Positions 40,546 through 51,185 of a DNA stretch of 64,000 nt are shown here, piece by piece. The DNA comes from a bacterium (lineage in GTDB: Bacteria > Patescibacteriota > Minisyncoccia > UBA6257 > 02-FULL-45-10c). The position numbers and the translations under genes were made by a program. The notes beneath the pieces were generated by a model. It had not been told where the DNA came from. It made no database searches and was given only the letters and a program-made list of their open reading frames with translations. Positions within the stretch are counted from its first letter, which is position 1, and every line of letters starts with the position of its first letter. Location of the stretch: the NCBI GenBank assembly GCA_021786945.1, contig JAJYMK010000003.1, positions 151,299 through 215,298 on the forward strand, in the 5' to 3' direction.

Positions 40546-40903
40546 GAAGTATTGGCACTAATAAGCCGGATTCTGTTTCGTTTAAAAACGGACAACAATT
40601 TATCTGGGCCGTTAATTACTTAACGGCTCTAGCGGCACATCCCTTGCGGGATACGGCCTTGCACTTGGGTAAGGATTTAGCCGTTTCACCCCAGCTTTTT
40701 TGTCTCTATAGCTGGATTAGACCAATTAGCTTGAGATTAGGTCTGCCCGATCTTTTCAAAACGGGCCGTCACTGCTCGCACCTCTATATTACTATCGATG
40801 GGTGTTACCCACTACCCCGCTCTTTGTTGCAAGCAACAAAGAAGTGTCCGGACTTTCCTCTCCGGTTAAAAACCGAAGCTGTTGTTTAAGGTACCAATAC
40901 TTT
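40546..40903 (-). ncRNA. rnpB: RNase P RNA
   Basis: Minus strand has GAGGAAAGUCCGGAC near the 5' end and ACAGAAUCCGGCUUAU near the 3' end; terminal helix aagtattgg/ccaatactt; promoter TGGACA-17-TATAAT at 40936-40908. Confidence 0.95.
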
Positions 40904-40936
40904 CAATATTATAAAATATTTATAAATTTTTGTCCA

Positions 40937-42403
40937 CTAGAAATAGTTAGCTCGGATATTTTGAAGGTCAACTACTTCATCAATTTTAACTTTACCGATA
41001 ACATCAGGAGAGTGGCTTACTAAAATCATTGCTCCTTCGTATTTATTCAGAGCATCAACAATAATCGGAATATGTCTGAAGTTTATATGATTCGTCGGTT
41101 CATCTAAAATCAGAAGTCCGGGTCTTTGCAGTACCAGTCTGGCAAAAAGTAATAATCCTTTTTGTCCTTCGGATAAAGCACCAATTTTCTTTTTAAGGGT
41201 TTCTTCGTTAATCAGAAAGCCGGCCGCGGTTGAACGAAGTTCACTTTCCGTGCCACCTTTCATGATATCAGCTAACGATTTATATGCGGTATCTTCAAAA
41301 TTCAGGGTTGAGAAGTTTTGACGGTAGTATCCTACTTCTATTCCTTTGGTGATTGTAGCGTCTTTTGATTTTCCGGATGCGAGGGATTCCAGGAACGTGG
41401 TTTTTCCTATTCCATTTGGACCAGTCAAAAGAATTCTTTGTTTTTTTCCGAGACTAATATCGGTTTTTTTATGAACTAGTTTATGATTTTCCACCACCGA
41501 AATTGATTTTATATGGATAATTTCTCCGGAAATATCCTGCTGGCAAGGGATATAAAATTCTCTTATTGTTTTATCTTCTTGTCTCATTTCTACAAGCTCT
41601 TCTTCGAGCTCTTCAATTTTTTCTTTCATTTTTCTGGCAACGTCTCTCATGTGCCCTCCTTTTTGAGCGAAGAAATTAGCCTGTTCTTTTCGGTTTTGAA
41701 TGTCGCGCAGCAAACGCACATTTTTCATTCTTTCTCTTTCTATTCTTTTTTCTATTTCTGATACCACATCAAAATAATTTCCGACATATTGTTCTACTTT
41801 ATGGGTAAAAACATCAAGATATAAAACGCCTTGAGTAAAGGAATTAAGAAATTCGGCATCGTGAGAAATAACTATACAAGTTTTTTTATAATCAATCAGG
41901 AATTGTTTAAGATGTTCTATCCCGGCTTTATCAAGATTATTTGTAGGTTCGTCCAATAATAGAATATCGGGATTCTGGATTAAGGCAAAAGCCAAAAGAA
42001 GCCTGGCCTGTTGGCCGCCGGAAAATTCCTTTATTTTTTTATCCAGCGGAGCAGATAAATTTACTACTTTTAAAATTTTAGCTACTCTTGGATCGATGTC
42101 ATAAATTTTTTTGGTAAATGCCCCTTCAAAAAATTCTCTTACAGTTAAAGCCATTTGATCTTGCGGGATAACTTGCTTGGCTGTAGCAATGGTCAAGTCT
42201 TGATTTATAGAAATAGCGCCTTTTTCCGGCGTCAAAGCACCGGTAATTAGCTGGAAAATAGTACTTTTTCCTGCGCCGTTTTGACCCATAAGTGTTATTT
42301 TGGATCCTTTGCGTACAGAAAAATCAGCCGCTTTTAAAATCGGCATATTATGTCCGTATTCAAAATAAACCTCGTCGAATCTTAAAATTACTTCATTATT
42401 CAT
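40937..42403 (-). CDS. ABC-F family ATPase
   Basis: Two ABC domains (GQNGAGKS, FSGGQ, LLLDEPTN; GPNGIGKT, LSEGQ, LDEPTNH), no TM. Confidence 0.93.
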   Translation of the reverse strand: MNNEVILRFDEVYFEYGHNMPILKAADFSVRKGSKITLMGQNGAGKSTIFQLITGALTPEKGAISINQDLTIATAKQVIPQDQMALTVREFFEGAFTKKIYDIDPRVAKILKVVNLSAPLDKKIKEFSGGQQARLLLAFALIQNPDILLLDEPTNNLDKAGIEHLKQFLIDYKKTCIVISHDAEFLNSFTQGVLYLDVFTHKVEQYVGNYFDVVSEIEKRIERERMKNVRLLRDIQNRKEQANFFAQKGGHMRDVARKMKEKIEELEEELVEMRQEDKTIREFYIPCQQDISGEIIHIKSISVVENHKLVHKKTDISLGKKQRILLTGPNGIGKTTFLESLASGKSKDATITKGIEVGYYRQNFSTLNFEDTAYKSLADIMKGGTESELRSTAAGFLINEETLKKKIGALSEGQKGLLLFARLVLQRPGLLILDEPTNHINFRHIPIIVDALNKYEGAMILVSHSPDVIGKVKIDEVVDLQNIRANYF

Positions 42404-42446
42404 AGCTTACATAATATAAGCTATTTTTAATGATTAATAAAGAGGT

Positions 42447-43049
42447 TCATCTATGAAAACCCAAATCCGCAGGATTAAAATCCCCTTCTATAAATTCTAC
42501 TATTCCTCCTTGGCTTTCGAATTTTTTTCTAAGGTCCGAAACTTCCAAAGAAAGTTTTTGTGTTTTTTTAGGTAAATCCTTTTTGATAAATCCCTTGGAC
42601 CAATAATTCAATACAAGCTTACTGTCTCCGAATATATTTTTAATGCCAAGATCCAAGGCCAATTCCAATGCATATTTGCATGCCAGAAGCTCGCCGTAAT
42701 TATTGGTTGCTTTCGGCACCGGAAATTTTCCGAATTTATTGAGTTTTAATTTTGGCTTAATTTTTTCCAGCAAATCATATCCGGCTTCGTCCGTAACGCT
42801 TACCTCGACTTTCTGATTTCTGCCCGTGCCCGAATCAAAATAAATTCCTTTTTCTATTTTCTTGAATGATTTCGGTTTTATTTCGTAATTCGCTCCGGAA
42901 TCCAGCCATTTTTGGGCTTCTTCAGTCGAAGTAAATGATCTGTAGCGTGCATTTTTACCGGAAACTATTTTCTCGCAGTCTTTCCAGTTTTCGGTTATAC
43001 CTGATTCGTTTTTGTCTGGCAGTAAATAGCCGTAGTATTTATTTGGCAT
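42447..43049 (-). CDS. rnhA: Ribonuclease HI with N-terminal viroplasmin/hybrid-binding domain
   Basis: W..C...V.G...YRSF...EA..W; YFDSG, TNNYGEL, GDS, NPAD; start set at MPNKYY. Confidence 0.88.
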   Translation of the reverse strand: MPNKYYGYLLPDKNESGITENWKDCEKIVSGKNARYRSFTSTEEAQKWLDSGANYEIKPKSFKKIEKGIYFDSGTGRNQKVEVSVTDEAGYDLLEKIKPKLKLNKFGKFPVPKATNNYGELLACKYALELALDLGIKNIFGDSKLVLNYWSKGFIKKDLPKKTQKLSLEVSDLRKKFESQGGIVEFIEGDFNPADLGFHR

Positions 43050-44211
43050 AAAACTTATTAAGGGCTTCTTTAAATTTTTCGAGATTTTGTTTTTTGATAT
43101 GAAATCCGGCAGCCCTAGGGTGGCCTCCGAAATCAATAAAAATGTCACCGCAGCTTTGAAGAGCCTCCACCACGCTCTTGTTTGAATAATTCGCTCTCAC
43201 ACTTCCTTTTAAATATTGTTTTTCTTTATTATAAAAATAAACAGGAATTTTAAAGTAATCATTCATCCTGTGGGCTATTTTTGATCCAGCGCCAACTAAT
43301 TTTATGTCTTTATCTAGCCCCCAAAGAATAAATTTTTCTTCGGTGTTTTTAAATTTTTTAATGCCTTGCTTGGCTATTTTTTTCACAAAATTTTCGAAAG
43401 CGATCTTGTGTCTGGCTATATCTTTTATTATTTTTACGGCGTCCTTATCGTCTTTGGAAGTAAGAAGTTTAAAAATATTATTTTTGCCACTGTTATTTTT
43501 CAGGATTCCGTAAAAATCGGTAACATCAAGACGGTTTTCAACGAGTTTTTTTATCGTAGTATTTTTTTCCAAGCCCAATTCTTTAAATGAGTCTTTTATT
43601 CCCGGCCTGGAATTATCTTTTATTTTTTTAAGGCTATTTTTAAGATAAGGTAAATTCCCCCTATCGATTTTAATATAATCAGTTATGGTTGGTATTAAAA
43701 CAAGGTCAAGGCTTTTTTCTAATTCTTTCACGTCTATTTTTAACGATTGGTACAAGTTTTCAAAAAATAAATAAGCAACTCCGGCGCCACTCCAATTCTT
43801 GTATTTTGAGCAATCACCCTTTTGCCACGGATTTATGAGCGTGGCCGGAAGTTTTCCCGGGCGTTGCCTGTGATGATCCAAAAGAATAACTTCGAATCCC
43901 ATTTTTTTTGCCATCCCAACTTGTTTAAAATCGGAAGTTCCAAAATCAATTCCAATTATCAATTTTATGCCCATCTTTTTAAGAATGGTTAAATGAAATA
44001 GGTTAAAACTTCGGCTGTATTTATATTGATTCGGAAGTATTAATTCGAGGTTCTTTTTCTTAAAACCCGCATTTAAAAGGGCTTCGTAAGCTAAAGTAAG
44101 AGCAAATGCCCCGTCCGGGTCATAATCGCTCCAAATGGCTATTTTTTCGCTGTTTTTAAGGGCTAAAATAAGGCGCCTGATAGCTTTTTGGCTATTTTTT
44201 AGTTTGATCAT
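43039..44211 (-). CDS. DHH family phosphoesterase (RecJ-like ssDNA exonuclease)
   Basis: DYDPDG, D.G, DHH, SGAGVA, GS.R, GGH..AAG. Confidence 0.85.
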   Translation of the reverse strand: MIKLKNSQKAIRRLILALKNSEKIAIWSDYDPDGAFALTLAYEALLNAGFKKKNLELILPNQYKYSRSFNLFHLTILKKMGIKLIIGIDFGTSDFKQVGMAKKMGFEVILLDHHRQRPGKLPATLINPWQKGDCSKYKNWSGAGVAYLFFENLYQSLKIDVKELEKSLDLVLIPTITDYIKIDRGNLPYLKNSLKKIKDNSRPGIKDSFKELGLEKNTTIKKLVENRLDVTDFYGILKNNSGKNNIFKLLTSKDDKDAVKIIKDIARHKIAFENFVKKIAKQGIKKFKNTEEKFILWGLDKDIKLVGAGSKIAHRMNDYFKIPVYFYNKEKQYLKGSVRANYSNKSVVEALQSCGDIFIDFGGHPRAAGFHIKKQNLEKFKEALNKFYAK

Positions 44212-44212
44212 G

Positions 44213-45253
44213 TTACTTTAGGACTTTTAGCCCGGGCATTTCTTCGCCAGCCAAGAAATCCAACATAGCTCCTCCGCCCGTGGACAGAAGATCAACGTTT
44301 TTTTCTAGTTTTTTCTTAAGTATAAAATTAGCAGTTTCCCCTCCCCCAATAACCTTAAAGGCTTTGGAATTGGTTATTGCTTTGGCTATGGCCATTGTTC
44401 CTTTGGAGTATTGTTTGTCTTCAGACATTCCTACCGGCCCATTCCAGATTATCGTTTTCGCCCCCGTTATTATTTTTTTATATTTAGAAATAGTTTGGGG
44501 ACCGATATCAAAGTATTTTCCCTTTTTTTCGGCAAAATCCATTGGTGCTATACATTTTTTATTTTTTAAAATTTTTAATACTTTTGGATTTTTAATTTCA
44601 TTAAGTACCGAACTTCCAAAAAGAAAAAACTTAGCTTTTGGACTTAGGTTGCTAACTATACTTATTTTATCGCCGATTTTCGTACCGCCCAGAATAACTA
44701 TTAATGGTTTTTTGGGATTTTTTGTTGCTTTAGTTAGCCCCTTTACTTCTTTTTCCATTAGAAGCCCTGCGTAACTGGGAATGTATCTTGTAATGGCATG
44801 GATTGATGCGTTTTTTCTGTGTGATACCGCAAACGCATCATTTATGAATAAATCGCCAAGACTAGCAAGGTTTTTGGCTAGACCCTTGCCATCTATTTCC
44901 TCATCCGCGAAAAATCTAAGATTCTCTAGTGCAAATATATTACCTTGTCCCGAAGACAAGTCTTTTTTTATTTTTTCGAAATTAGTATTGGCAAAAAAAT
45001 TAATATTTGTTTTTAATTTTCTTGCTAATATTTTTATTACTGGTTTCAGGCTTAGTTTTTTATCAAATTTTTCCGGACGTCCACGATGGCTTAAGATGAT
45101 TATCCCTGCCCCGTTTTTTTTAAGATATTTTATAGTCGGTAAAATAGAGTTGATTCTGAACTGATCATCTAGCGATTTTATGTTTAAATCGACTCTTAAG
45201 AGACAAATACGCCCTTTTAATTTTTTTGGAGATAAATCTCTTAAAAATTTCAT
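44213..45253 (-). CDS. pgk: Phosphoglycerate kinase
   Basis: RVDLN, SHRGRP, LENLRF, NDAFAVSHR, WNGP.G, STGGGA. Confidence 0.97.
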   Translation of the reverse strand: MKFLRDLSPKKLKGRICLLRVDLNIKSLDDQFRINSILPTIKYLKKNGAGIIILSHRGRPEKFDKKLSLKPVIKILARKLKTNINFFANTNFEKIKKDLSSGQGNIFALENLRFFADEEIDGKGLAKNLASLGDLFINDAFAVSHRKNASIHAITRYIPSYAGLLMEKEVKGLTKATKNPKKPLIVILGGTKIGDKISIVSNLSPKAKFFLFGSSVLNEIKNPKVLKILKNKKCIAPMDFAEKKGKYFDIGPQTISKYKKIITGAKTIIWNGPVGMSEDKQYSKGTMAIAKAITNSKAFKVIGGGETANFILKKKLEKNVDLLSTGGGAMLDFLAGEEMPGLKVLK

Positions 45254-45254
45254 A

Positions 45255-46307
45255 TTATTTGATCAAAAACATAAAGCGACTCATAAGGAAAAGAACAAGT
45301 CCAAGAATACAAGAAATTACGGATATAATCCAAAAGCGCATAGTGATTTTTGTTTCATGCCATCCTTTTGCTTCAAAATGATGATGTATTGGAGTAGATA
45401 AAAAAATCTTTCTTTTTAATACTTTTTTGCTTATCATTTGGATTATTACCGATAAAGATTCAAATACGAGAATAAATCCGAAAAACGGCAAAAACAAAGT
45501 GGTATTTGTAAGCATAGCTACAACCCCCATTGTTATTCCTAAAGCCATTGATCCGGTATCCCCCATAAAGAATCTTGCTGGATAAATATTAAACCAAAGA
45601 AATGCCAAAAGTGCGCCGATAACCGCTCCGCCGAAAGCGGCCAAATCATATCTACCAAGTATAAAAGCGACGGTTGTTAGTGAAAAGAAAGCAAAAAGCA
45701 TAACTCCTCCCGCTAGTCCATCCAAGCCGTCGGTTTCGTTAGCAGAAAAAGCACTGGCGATAATGACAAACATAAAAATAGGAATGTACCACCAGCCTAT
45801 TGTAAGATTTCCCCAAAAAGGAATATATAACACATCCCAGTTTAATCGGTAGTAAAACCAAAAACCTCCAATAGCAGCTAAAACAGCATACATTATTATT
45901 TTTTGGGAAATTCTTAGTCCCCCGCCCTTTGGTCCAATCCTAAGTGCGCCTAAAATATCATCTATTAATCCCAAAATAGCAGCAATGAGCATGGCTGCTA
46001 TAGGAAGATAAGTCTGTGCTCTGTCCACAAAACTTAAATAATCAAAAACTCCACCAAAAATATCACTTAGAAGCCATATTAAAAGAGCTAGACCTAAAAC
46101 AGTCACCCAAATTATAACCCCTCCCATAGTTGGGGTGTTTTCTTTGTGTTTATGAAGACTGTAGAATACCGGCGCCGATTCCTGACTACGGATTTGTTTA
46201 TGGAGATGGAAACGGTCCAGTAATTTTATAAAAATCGGCGTTAAACTTAATGCTGTAATAAAGGACAACCCCGATAAAATTAAAAGTCTTATTGCTTGTG
46301 AAATCAT
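45255..46307 (-). CDS. mraY: Phospho-N-acetylmuramoyl-pentapeptide transferase
   Basis: TPTMGG, GLIDD, TDGLDGL, FMGDTGS, PIHHHFE. Confidence 0.97.
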   Translation of the reverse strand: MISQAIRLLILSGLSFITALSLTPIFIKLLDRFHLHKQIRSQESAPVFYSLHKHKENTPTMGGVIIWVTVLGLALLIWLLSDIFGGVFDYLSFVDRAQTYLPIAAMLIAAILGLIDDILGALRIGPKGGGLRISQKIIMYAVLAAIGGFWFYYRLNWDVLYIPFWGNLTIGWWYIPIFMFVIIASAFSANETDGLDGLAGGVMLFAFFSLTTVAFILGRYDLAAFGGAVIGALLAFLWFNIYPARFFMGDTGSMALGITMGVVAMLTNTTLFLPFFGFILVFESLSVIIQMISKKVLKRKIFLSTPIHHHFEAKGWHETKITMRFWIISVISCILGLVLFLMSRFMFLIK

Positions 46308-46308
46308 A

Positions 46309-47289
46309 TTAAAATTCGTATGAATTTTTTACCCAATCGAATAATTTTTGGGTATCGGCAAATCTATCAGTTGATCCTAATATTATAGTTAAAATCTTAT
46401 GTCCTTTATAGCTAAAAATAGATAAAAGATTTTGTTCGGACGATTCAATGAAACCAGTTTTACCCCCTAAAAAATCATTTTGTCCGGCAAAATAATTTAT
46501 ATTTGTATAAAATTTAACAGAATTGGACGATAACTCTACAACTGATAATTCCTTCGTTTTCGTGAAATTAAAAATTTCCGGCCTTTGTTTTAAAATATAT
46601 TGTGCCAGCTTTGTAAGATCCGAGGTGTTTGATTGGTTCAAAACGGACAAGCCGGTACAATCAAAAAAATTAGTCTCATTCATTCCTAATTCAGCCGCCT
46701 TCATATTCATTTCTTTTATGAAGTTTGTTTGACCATAAAATTCGGAAATTGCTACTGCGGCATCATTACTCGAAACAAAGAGCATTATTTTTACCATATC
46801 CCTGATTGAATATTTTTCGTTTAATTTAAAATCACCGGCTAAACCCTCGGTATCAATTGCTGTTTGTGAAATTGTAGCGATTTTATCTGGACCCAGTTTT
46901 TCCATTGCTATTACAGCTGTCATCAATTTTGAAATTGAAGCTATCGGCCATCTTTTTTCTGTTCCTTGGGAATACAATAATTTTTGAGAATCCAGATCTT
47001 CGGCAAAAGCAATTTTGGAAGTTAGATTTAGTTCGATTACTCCTTCTTTTTTGAATGGCCTAGACTCTTCTGTTTCTGAATTTACAACAGCCAGAGAACT
47101 GTTTGAATTTAATTTAGTCAAAATCGGAGTTCTGTCAGATAAGGCGCTTATTGCGGCAAGACTGGTATTTTTTATATCATCCTGAAAAGATACTTTGGCT
47201 ACCGTATTGTTGTTTAGTTTAGAAAATAAAACTAGGGCAAGTAAGATGCCGGTAAATAACAAACCTTGAAAATTTACTTTAGTTTTCAT
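46309..47289 (-). CDS. D-alanyl-D-alanine carboxypeptidase (peptidase S11)
   Basis: IASISKLMT (SxxK), SSNDAA (SxN), GGKTG. Confidence 0.92.
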   Translation of the reverse strand: MKTKVNFQGLLFTGILLALVLFSKLNNNTVAKVSFQDDIKNTSLAAISALSDRTPILTKLNSNSSLAVVNSETEESRPFKKEGVIELNLTSKIAFAEDLDSQKLLYSQGTEKRWPIASISKLMTAVIAMEKLGPDKIATISQTAIDTEGLAGDFKLNEKYSIRDMVKIMLFVSSNDAAVAISEFYGQTNFIKEMNMKAAELGMNETNFFDCTGLSVLNQSNTSDLTKLAQYILKQRPEIFNFTKTKELSVVELSSNSVKFYTNINYFAGQNDFLGGKTGFIESSEQNLLSIFSYKGHKILTIILGSTDRFADTQKLFDWVKNSYEF

Positions 47290-47923
47290 TTTGATTATTT
47301 TCTTGGCCCGCGACTTGATGATCTTTTGTTTCGGAATTATTTTCTGATTCGGGAATTAAAACTTCGGCTTTTTCCGCTACCTGATTTAATGATGCTTCAT
47401 GAAGATTTTTTACCATCTGCCTGTATTTTTCGTAATCAGGAAGATCGGTTATTCCGGAAAGACCAAGCCTTTTTATGAGATCGAAACTAACGCTGTATAT
47501 ATAAGCGTTTGCCCTCTTGGGATCAACACTTCTCTCTATCAGTCCCCTCAGTAAAAGATTTCTGATTGTGAAGCTGGAATTAACTCCTCGGATATATTCT
47601 ATATCGGCGCGGCTGATAGGTCCTGAATAAGCTATTATTGAAATTGTTTCCAAAGACGCGGGTGTAAGATCTTCGGTAAATTCTTGTTTTACGATATCTT
47701 CCAATAGCTTTGTCAGTTCGGGTTTGGTGACTAATTGGATTTTATTGTTATTTTTAATAAGTGAAATTCCCCGTTCGTGTCGGTTTAATTCATTTGTGAG
47801 ATTTAGCAGCGCCGCATCAAGTTCTTCTTTGGTTATGTTAAGAATTTTTGCCAATCTTTCGGTTGAAATAGGCTCTCCGTAGGCAAATAAAACAGCTTCA
47901 ATTTTTGCTAATACATTATCCAT
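47279..47923 (-). CDS. scpB: SMC segregation/condensation protein B
   Basis: IEAVLF, LETISIIAY, IEYIRGVNS. Confidence 0.95.
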   Translation of the reverse strand: MDNVLAKIEAVLFAYGEPISTERLAKILNITKEELDAALLNLTNELNRHERGISLIKNNNKIQLVTKPELTKLLEDIVKQEFTEDLTPASLETISIIAYSGPISRADIEYIRGVNSSFTIRNLLLRGLIERSVDPKRANAYIYSVSFDLIKRLGLSGITDLPDYEKYRQMVKNLHEASLNQVAEKAEVLIPESENNSETKDHQVAGQENNQNEN

Positions 47924-48674
47924 TTTGATTAGAATTTTCGTTTGTTTGCTGGATAGACTCGGATTCTTTTTGTTTTATGATTATATCAGAAAACTGCCCT
48001 CCTTGAGTAGATGTAATTAAACGGTCGCGGATAAGATGAAGCACGGCTAAAAAGAAAATAATTATCTCTAATTTTGACTTTGATTCGGTTATTGTCTTGA
48101 AGCTATTTTCGGCGCGTTGTTTAAATCTGTTGAGCAACTCCTCCATTTTTTCTTTAACGGAAAAAACCGCTTTTTTGATATTCTTTTTTTCTGGAATCAG
48201 GGCTTTTAGTTCCACGATTATTTTTTCGATCGGATTTACAAGATCCCTTACTTCCATTTTTTCTGGAGGGTAAAAAATCGGCGGGAGATCCGTAAATAAT
48301 TCTTTGCCGAAAGAATATTGTTTTTTATCCCAAATTTTTTTTATCTCTAGGGACGCCTCTTTGAATTCCTTATATATCTTCAGCCTCAACTCCAGGTCCT
48401 TAATATCCTTTTCTTCTTCTTGTGTCAGTTCGAGTGACGGTAAGAGTGCTTTTGATTTTATCAATAAAAGCTTTGAAGCTACTATTACAAAATCAGCAAT
48501 AATACTAGGATGCGCGTTTTCTTGAGTTAGGCCTTGAAGGTATTTAAAGAAATCGTTGGTAATTTCAGCTAAATTGACCATAGTAATTTCCATTTTTCTT
48601 TCTTCAATAAGCTCCAGTAATTTTTCCAGAGGGCCCGAGAATTTATCAAGTTTTAATTCGTATTTGTCGGACAT
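47916..48674 (-). CDS. scpA: SMC segregation/condensation protein A
   Basis: FSGPLEKLL.LI, LIKSKALLP, FLAVLHL. Confidence 0.95.
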   Translation of the reverse strand: MSDKYELKLDKFSGPLEKLLELIEERKMEITMVNLAEITNDFFKYLQGLTQENAHPSIIADFVIVASKLLLIKSKALLPSLELTQEEEKDIKDLELRLKIYKEFKEASLEIKKIWDKKQYSFGKELFTDLPPIFYPPEKMEVRDLVNPIEKIIVELKALIPEKKNIKKAVFSVKEKMEELLNRFKQRAENSFKTITESKSKLEIIIFFLAVLHLIRDRLITSTQGGQFSDIIIKQKESESIQQTNENSNQNG

Positions 48675-48683
48675 ACTTAAAAA

Positions 48684-49904
48684 TTATTTAGGTAATAAAG
48701 CGTCTTTTGTATAAACATTCGACGGACTCCACAACATCCAGCCTGATTTATCCAGACTGATACCAGTGGTCGATGCCGCATCGTATACGGCCTGAATTTG
48801 TGCTCTTACTTTAGCTGCGTCGTATTCGGCGCCCAAATCAAAGTCTTGCAACCATGGCCTGAATTGCGTCTCGGTCATTTTTATTGTTGTAGTTGAATTA
48901 TTGAATTGATTTAGCCGTTTATCGGCTTCCAACATAGAAGTGTATACAACATCGTAAGGATAATCGGCTGGATTTGTGTGGCCATTAAATCCTTTATTGT
49001 AGTGTGACGGATATACCATTGGTGCGATAAAGTCCAAATACGGAAAAGCATCATTTAAGTTTTGTCCTATTCCTAAGTCATCTTGAAGTAATGTTGTATA
49101 GCCAAATAAATCTCCGGAAATTTTTGCACCCGGTAAATTCTCTCTTAAATATTTAAAAAAACTATTCATTACTTGTCTTTTCGTAGTTATTTTTGAGTCG
49201 TAAAATGGATATTTTATGTCGGCCATATTTCCATCAGAAGCAAATCTTATATAGTCAAAATTAACTTCATCAAATCCCCTGTTCAATGCTTCTTTTGCTA
49301 TGGCAACATTGTAATCCCAGACTTCTTTTGAAGACGTATCCATCCAGGAAATTCCTTTATAATCCTTCCAGGTTGTTCCCTTGGATATGCTTTGTAATGC
49401 TAAATCAGGTCTGGCTTTGGCCAATGCCGGATCCTGGAAAACGGCTTGTCTCGCTATCACATATATTCCCTGATCATGAAGTTTTTTAATTAAAGCGTTG
49501 GGTTTTGAAATTTTTACTTCAATTGCCCCATATTTTTTTACCAAATCCAAATCTGATTTATAGCTTAAATTGCCAGTATAGTCTTTAATGTCTATTACAA
49601 CTGCATTTATCTCGGTATTTTTGATGATGTTTATAAAATAATCAATTTTTTTATCGCTGGACGCAGACCAGGCCGTTGAATAGATAGCTTTAATTATTTT
49701 AGGAGGATTTTCCAATGGTTTCTGGTTTTCTATATCGGCATTGGGATCGATCGGCTTTTCCGGTTTTACCTCGGGTTTTATTATATCCTCCTGACTTGCT
49801 GTTTTTGGTAAGTCGGATAGTACGAGATTGTTATTGGAAGTAAAAAATAAAAATAAGCCGATTCCGGCAATTACCAATATTAAAAAATAAATAAATTTTC
49901 GCAT
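48684..49904 (-). CDS. Putative glycoside hydrolase (DUF4015-like), membrane-anchored
   Basis: NAVVIDIKD, GFDEVNFDYIRF, PMVYPSHY, RPWLQDF. Confidence 0.85.
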   Translation of the reverse strand: MRKFIYFLILVIAGIGLFLFFTSNNNLVLSDLPKTASQEDIIKPEVKPEKPIDPNADIENQKPLENPPKIIKAIYSTAWSASSDKKIDYFINIIKNTEINAVVIDIKDYTGNLSYKSDLDLVKKYGAIEVKISKPNALIKKLHDQGIYVIARQAVFQDPALAKARPDLALQSISKGTTWKDYKGISWMDTSSKEVWDYNVAIAKEALNRGFDEVNFDYIRFASDGNMADIKYPFYDSKITTKRQVMNSFFKYLRENLPGAKISGDLFGYTTLLQDDLGIGQNLNDAFPYLDFIAPMVYPSHYNKGFNGHTNPADYPYDVVYTSMLEADKRLNQFNNSTTTIKMTETQFRPWLQDFDLGAEYDAAKVRAQIQAVYDAASTTGISLDKSGWMLWSPSNVYTKDALLPK

Positions 49905-49979
49905 TTTCCGGTCTTTGAATTATTTTAATTATAACTGATTTTTTTATCCGAATAAATACTGTATAATAAATAGGAAAAT

Positions 49980-51083
49980 ATGTTGGCTATCTACAGAAAA
50001 TATCGTCCTAAAAAACTTTCTGAATTGCTGGGTCAGGAGCATATTATTGAGGTTCTAAAAAATTCCGCCAGGCAAAATAGGTTCGCCCATGCTTATTTGT
50101 TTTATGGTTCTAGAGGTTCGGGCAAAACGACAACCGCTCGTCTTTTGGCTAAACTTGTTAATTGCGAAAAAAGAATAAAAGACGAAAAATTTAGGGAAAA
50201 AGGAGAGCCTTGTAATGAATGCCGGGCTTGTACCGAAATAGATTCAAACCAAGCCTTGGATGTTGTAGAAATTGATGCGGCTTCAAACAGGGGTATAGAC
50301 GAAATCAGGGATTTAAAAGAAAGTATAAAGCTATCCCCCATTTATTTGTCTAAAAAAGTTTATATTATCGATGAGGTTCACATGCTTACTCGTGAAGCGT
50401 TTAATGCTCTTTTGAAAACATTGGAGGAGCCTCCGGCACATGCAATTTTTATTTTGGCTACAACGGAATATGAAAAACTTCCCGCCACAATTTCTTCCAG
50501 AACGCAAAAATTTAATTTTAAGAAATTATCCATTGCTGATATTTTGAAGAAATTGAATAGCGTTGTAAAAGCTGAAAAAATAAAAATTTCCGATGAAGCC
50601 TTGGAACTGATTGCTTCGTTGGGCGAAGGCAGTTTTCGCGATGCTGAATCGCTTTTGGATCAGATAGCTTCTATGGACTCAGATATTGAGCTTAAAGATG
50701 TAGAAAAAATTGTCGGGAAAATCGGCTATAAAAAAACTGCGGAATTGGCCGGGCTACTGCTTTCCGGTGATTTAGATAAGTCATTAAGTTATTTATCTCA
50801 GATAAATGAAGAGGGATATAATTTGGTTCAATTTAATAAAGACTTAATTCATTATTTGAGACGTGCATTAGCTTTGAAGCTTAGCCCGAAGGTAGAAGAA
50901 TTTTACAAAAAAGAACTTACTTCCGATAATTTAGAAGGTTTGAGGAAAAATTCCCTTTTGATAAATCCGGAAAAGCATATAAATCTTTTAAAATCTTTTA
51001 TTCGTGCATATTCGGAAATGCGCTATTCCCCGTTTCCTATTGCCCCATTGGAAGTCGCTGTTATAGAAAATCTAAAAAAATAA
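49980..51083 (+). CDS. dnaX: DNA polymerase III subunit gamma/tau (short form)
   Basis: YRKYRP, GSRGSGKTT, EIDAASNRG, IIDEVHML, LEEPP. Confidence 0.97.
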   Translation: MLAIYRKYRPKKLSELLGQEHIIEVLKNSARQNRFAHAYLFYGSRGSGKTTTARLLAKLVNCEKRIKDEKFREKGEPCNECRACTEIDSNQALDVVEIDAASNRGIDEIRDLKESIKLSPIYLSKKVYIIDEVHMLTREAFNALLKTLEEPPAHAIFILATTEYEKLPATISSRTQKFNFKKLSIADILKKLNSVVKAEKIKISDEALELIASLGEGSFRDAESLLDQIASMDSDIELKDVEKIVGKIGYKKTAELAGLLLSGDLDKSLSYLSQINEEGYNLVQFNKDLIHYLRRALALKLSPKVEEFYKKELTSDNLEGLRKNSLLINPEKHINLLKSFIRAYSEMRYSPFPIAPLEVAVIENLKK

Positions 51084-51104
51084 CCCGAAAATCGGGTTAT
51101 TTTT
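51078..51104 (+). terminator. Intrinsic terminator after dnaX
   Basis: aaaataacccga aaa tcgggttatttt. Confidence 0.8.
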
Positions 51105-51108
51105 ATAA

Positions 51109-51137
51109 TTGACTTTTTCTAAAAATAATGATATTAT
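51109..51137 (+). promoter_or_regulatory. Sigma70 promoter of the beta-barrel-like gene
   Basis: TTGACT-17 nt-TATTAT with extended TG. Confidence 0.65.
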
Positions 51138-51185
51138 ATGTATTAGTTATTTTGGATTGAAAATTTAATAAAATTAGGAGGGTGT

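Noticed and set aside
40644-41023. Plus-strand ORFs of 81 and 73 aa
   Set aside because: They lie antisense to RNase P RNA and the ABC-F gene; spurious.
49980-51083. Short dnaX ending in an A-run as a programmed frameshift
   Set aside because: A terminator follows immediately and no tau-like frame continues downstream.
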